Shown in pieces: positions 62,249 through 64,000 of a stretch of DNA of 64,000 bases (its first letter is position 1; the number at the start of each line of letters is the position of its first letter). The position numbers were made by a program, and so were the translations under genes. The DNA is from Xylographa opegraphella (lineage: Eukaryota), in contig JALDZX010000016.1 of the NCBI GenBank assembly GCA_022813865.1, positions 186,001 through 250,000 on the forward strand, given 5' to 3'. Below the pieces are notes generated by a model that searched no databases, had not been told where the DNA came from, and worked only from the letters and a program-made list of their open reading frames with translations.

Positions 62249-63129
62249 TGCCAAAGACTGATGTGCAACCGATGCCGTGGATGAATTTGAATATAAATGC
62301 AAGAGTCTGCTACTATAAATCTGGTAATAATTTACGGGTGAAATCTTACTCTCGTACTAAGGCATGAATGGTCACCTAAGCGAGTCCGTCATGGGATTCC
62401 AATCGACACTCGTTGTTGGGCAATCTTTTCGAGTCCTTGAATTGTTAGACGATATGGATCCTAGGGTTTGAACTCGAGCTGCTTCCACTATATCAACGAC
62501 TGAAGCTCCGGATCGGATTGGTCATCGGAGTTTGATTATATCTACCATAGGCTGTGGGACATGATCATTTCAGTGCCGAGCTCAATGGATGCTGCAAGGC
62601 GAAGCACACTGACACAATAGGCACCATCGTACGAGTAAAGTGAACATTGATTAATTAATTGTGAGCCTGAACACATACTGCGTATTACACGTGAATTGCC
62701 AGTGATGGAATTCGATATTGAACAACGAATCGTGCTCCCGAGTAGTACTAGTCCCTGTGGTGCAACGTCCTGGGCGGTGGATGACGATGGTGGTAAAGGT
62801 TCTAGCCGCTATCTCAGCCGCAGAAATGCGTAGAAGCACGGCGAATCGTCTTGGTTACCGAATGGGGGTAAGCGTGATTGCCTTCCACAAGCCAAGGCTA
62901 ACTGGGCTCTGACTTTCAACAACTTTGATGATTTTTCCTGAAGTGAAGATCCTAACAATACTGATTCACTTCGGCCACTGCCTGTCAAGTCACCGAGCAC
63001 CTCCACTGGGATTTATCTTTCCCCACCTATCTTCGCCGCCTCGGACGCAACTTATCGTCACAGAATAATCCTATACCACTTCTTTCTTAACATCTATCTC
63101 CGGTCACAAACTTGGGAAATCGTGTCAAG

Positions 63130-64000
63130 ATGGTGAAAGAGACGAGGTTTTACGACCTATTAGAGGTAGGATTGCTTTGCAAATGCTCCAGAGGATCTTA
63201 AGTTGGTAGCTTAAGTTGATTCGCGCTCACAGGTCCCGCCAACGGCGTCAGACGCTCAGCTGAAGACTGCTTACAAAAAGGGCGCTTTGCGGCATCATCC
63301 GGGTGGGTTCTACTTTCTCGAAGGTTAACCGAGTTTAACTAATACTATACACGGCAGACAAGAATCGTGACAATCCAGCTGCAGCAGAAAAATTCAAGGA
63401 CATCTCCAAAGCCTATGAAGTCCTTGCAGATCCTCAGAAGCGTCAGGTCTATGATCAGTATGGCGAGGCCGGTCTTTCAGAACAAAGCGGTCCGGGTGGC
63501 ATGAATGCAGAAGACTTATTCTCACAATTCTTTGGTGGTGGAGGCCTAGGCGGTATGTTCGGAGGTCAGATGCGCGAGCAAGGACCCAAGAAAGCTAGGA
63601 CTATTCATCACATCCACAAGGTCACACTGGAGGATATCTACAATGGAAAGACTTCGAAGTTGGCTCTACAGAGGTCGATCATTTGTCCAGATTGCAACGG
63701 TCGAGGAGGAAAAGCTGGTGCGGTCAAAACGTGTACGGGCTGTCATGGTCAAGGCATGAAAACGATGATGCGACAGATGGGACCCATGATTCAGCGCTTT
63801 CAGACAGTATGCCCAGATTGCCAAGGTGAAGGTGAGATGATCAGGGACAAGGATCGATGTCGGCGCTGCAAGGGCAAGAAAACTGATGTGGAGCGCGAGC
63901 TGCTCTATATACATGTTGACAAAGGCGTACCGAATGGTTACAAGATTGATCTTAACGGCCGGGGAGATCAGATGCCTGGTCATGACAATGGTGACGTGCA
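63130..64000 (+). CDS. YDJ1: Type I Hsp40/DnaJ co-chaperone (Ydj1/Mas5-like); partial, runs off the right edge
   Basis: MVKETRFYDLLEV, HPDKN across an intron, AYEVLADPQKRQVYDQYG, a G/F region, and four CxxCxGxG-type zinc-finger repeats (CPDCNGRGG, CTGCHGQG, CPDCQGEG, CRRCKGKK). Confidence 0.93.

Overview
This is intron-rich DNA from a filamentous ascomycete (Pezizomycotina-type GT-AG introns with CTRAY branch points). Bases 1-20039 hold the right-hand part of a non-reducing polyketide gene cluster. It comprises an NR-PKS (SAT-KS-MAT-PT, running off the left edge), a tetrahydroxynaphthalene-reductase-like SDR, an AflR-type Zn2Cys6 regulator, a DHA2 MFS pump, an FAD-linked oxidoreductase, a scytalone-dehydratase-like enzyme and an O-methyltransferase. 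The six non-regulatory genes form three head-to-head pairs, and each shared promoter carries the same AflR-type site TCGAT(C/A)ACCGA. The PKS starter (SAT) domain appears catalytically dead, and the dehydratase and reductase differ from the melanin enzymes at substrate-contact positions. Together this suggests a pathway-regulated, exported, O-methylated and deoxygenated aromatic polyketide rather than ordinary DHN melanin. From about 21 kb onward the window is mostly housekeeping genes: a DCAF8-like WD protein, CaMK, UTP12/DIP2, ARPC2, vezatin, PCNA, pyridoxal kinase, dUTPase, ADE13, an ACAD10/11-like kinase, RPP0, TRM82, HEM12, FCY1 and YDJ1. An accessory-looking patch at 37.5-47.9 kb interrupts them, with a cell-surface protein carrying a truncated-globin-like domain, a HET-domain gene and a probable decayed ORF. 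Exon boundaries were deduced by hand, family assignments are from motif recognition, and no database searches were run.
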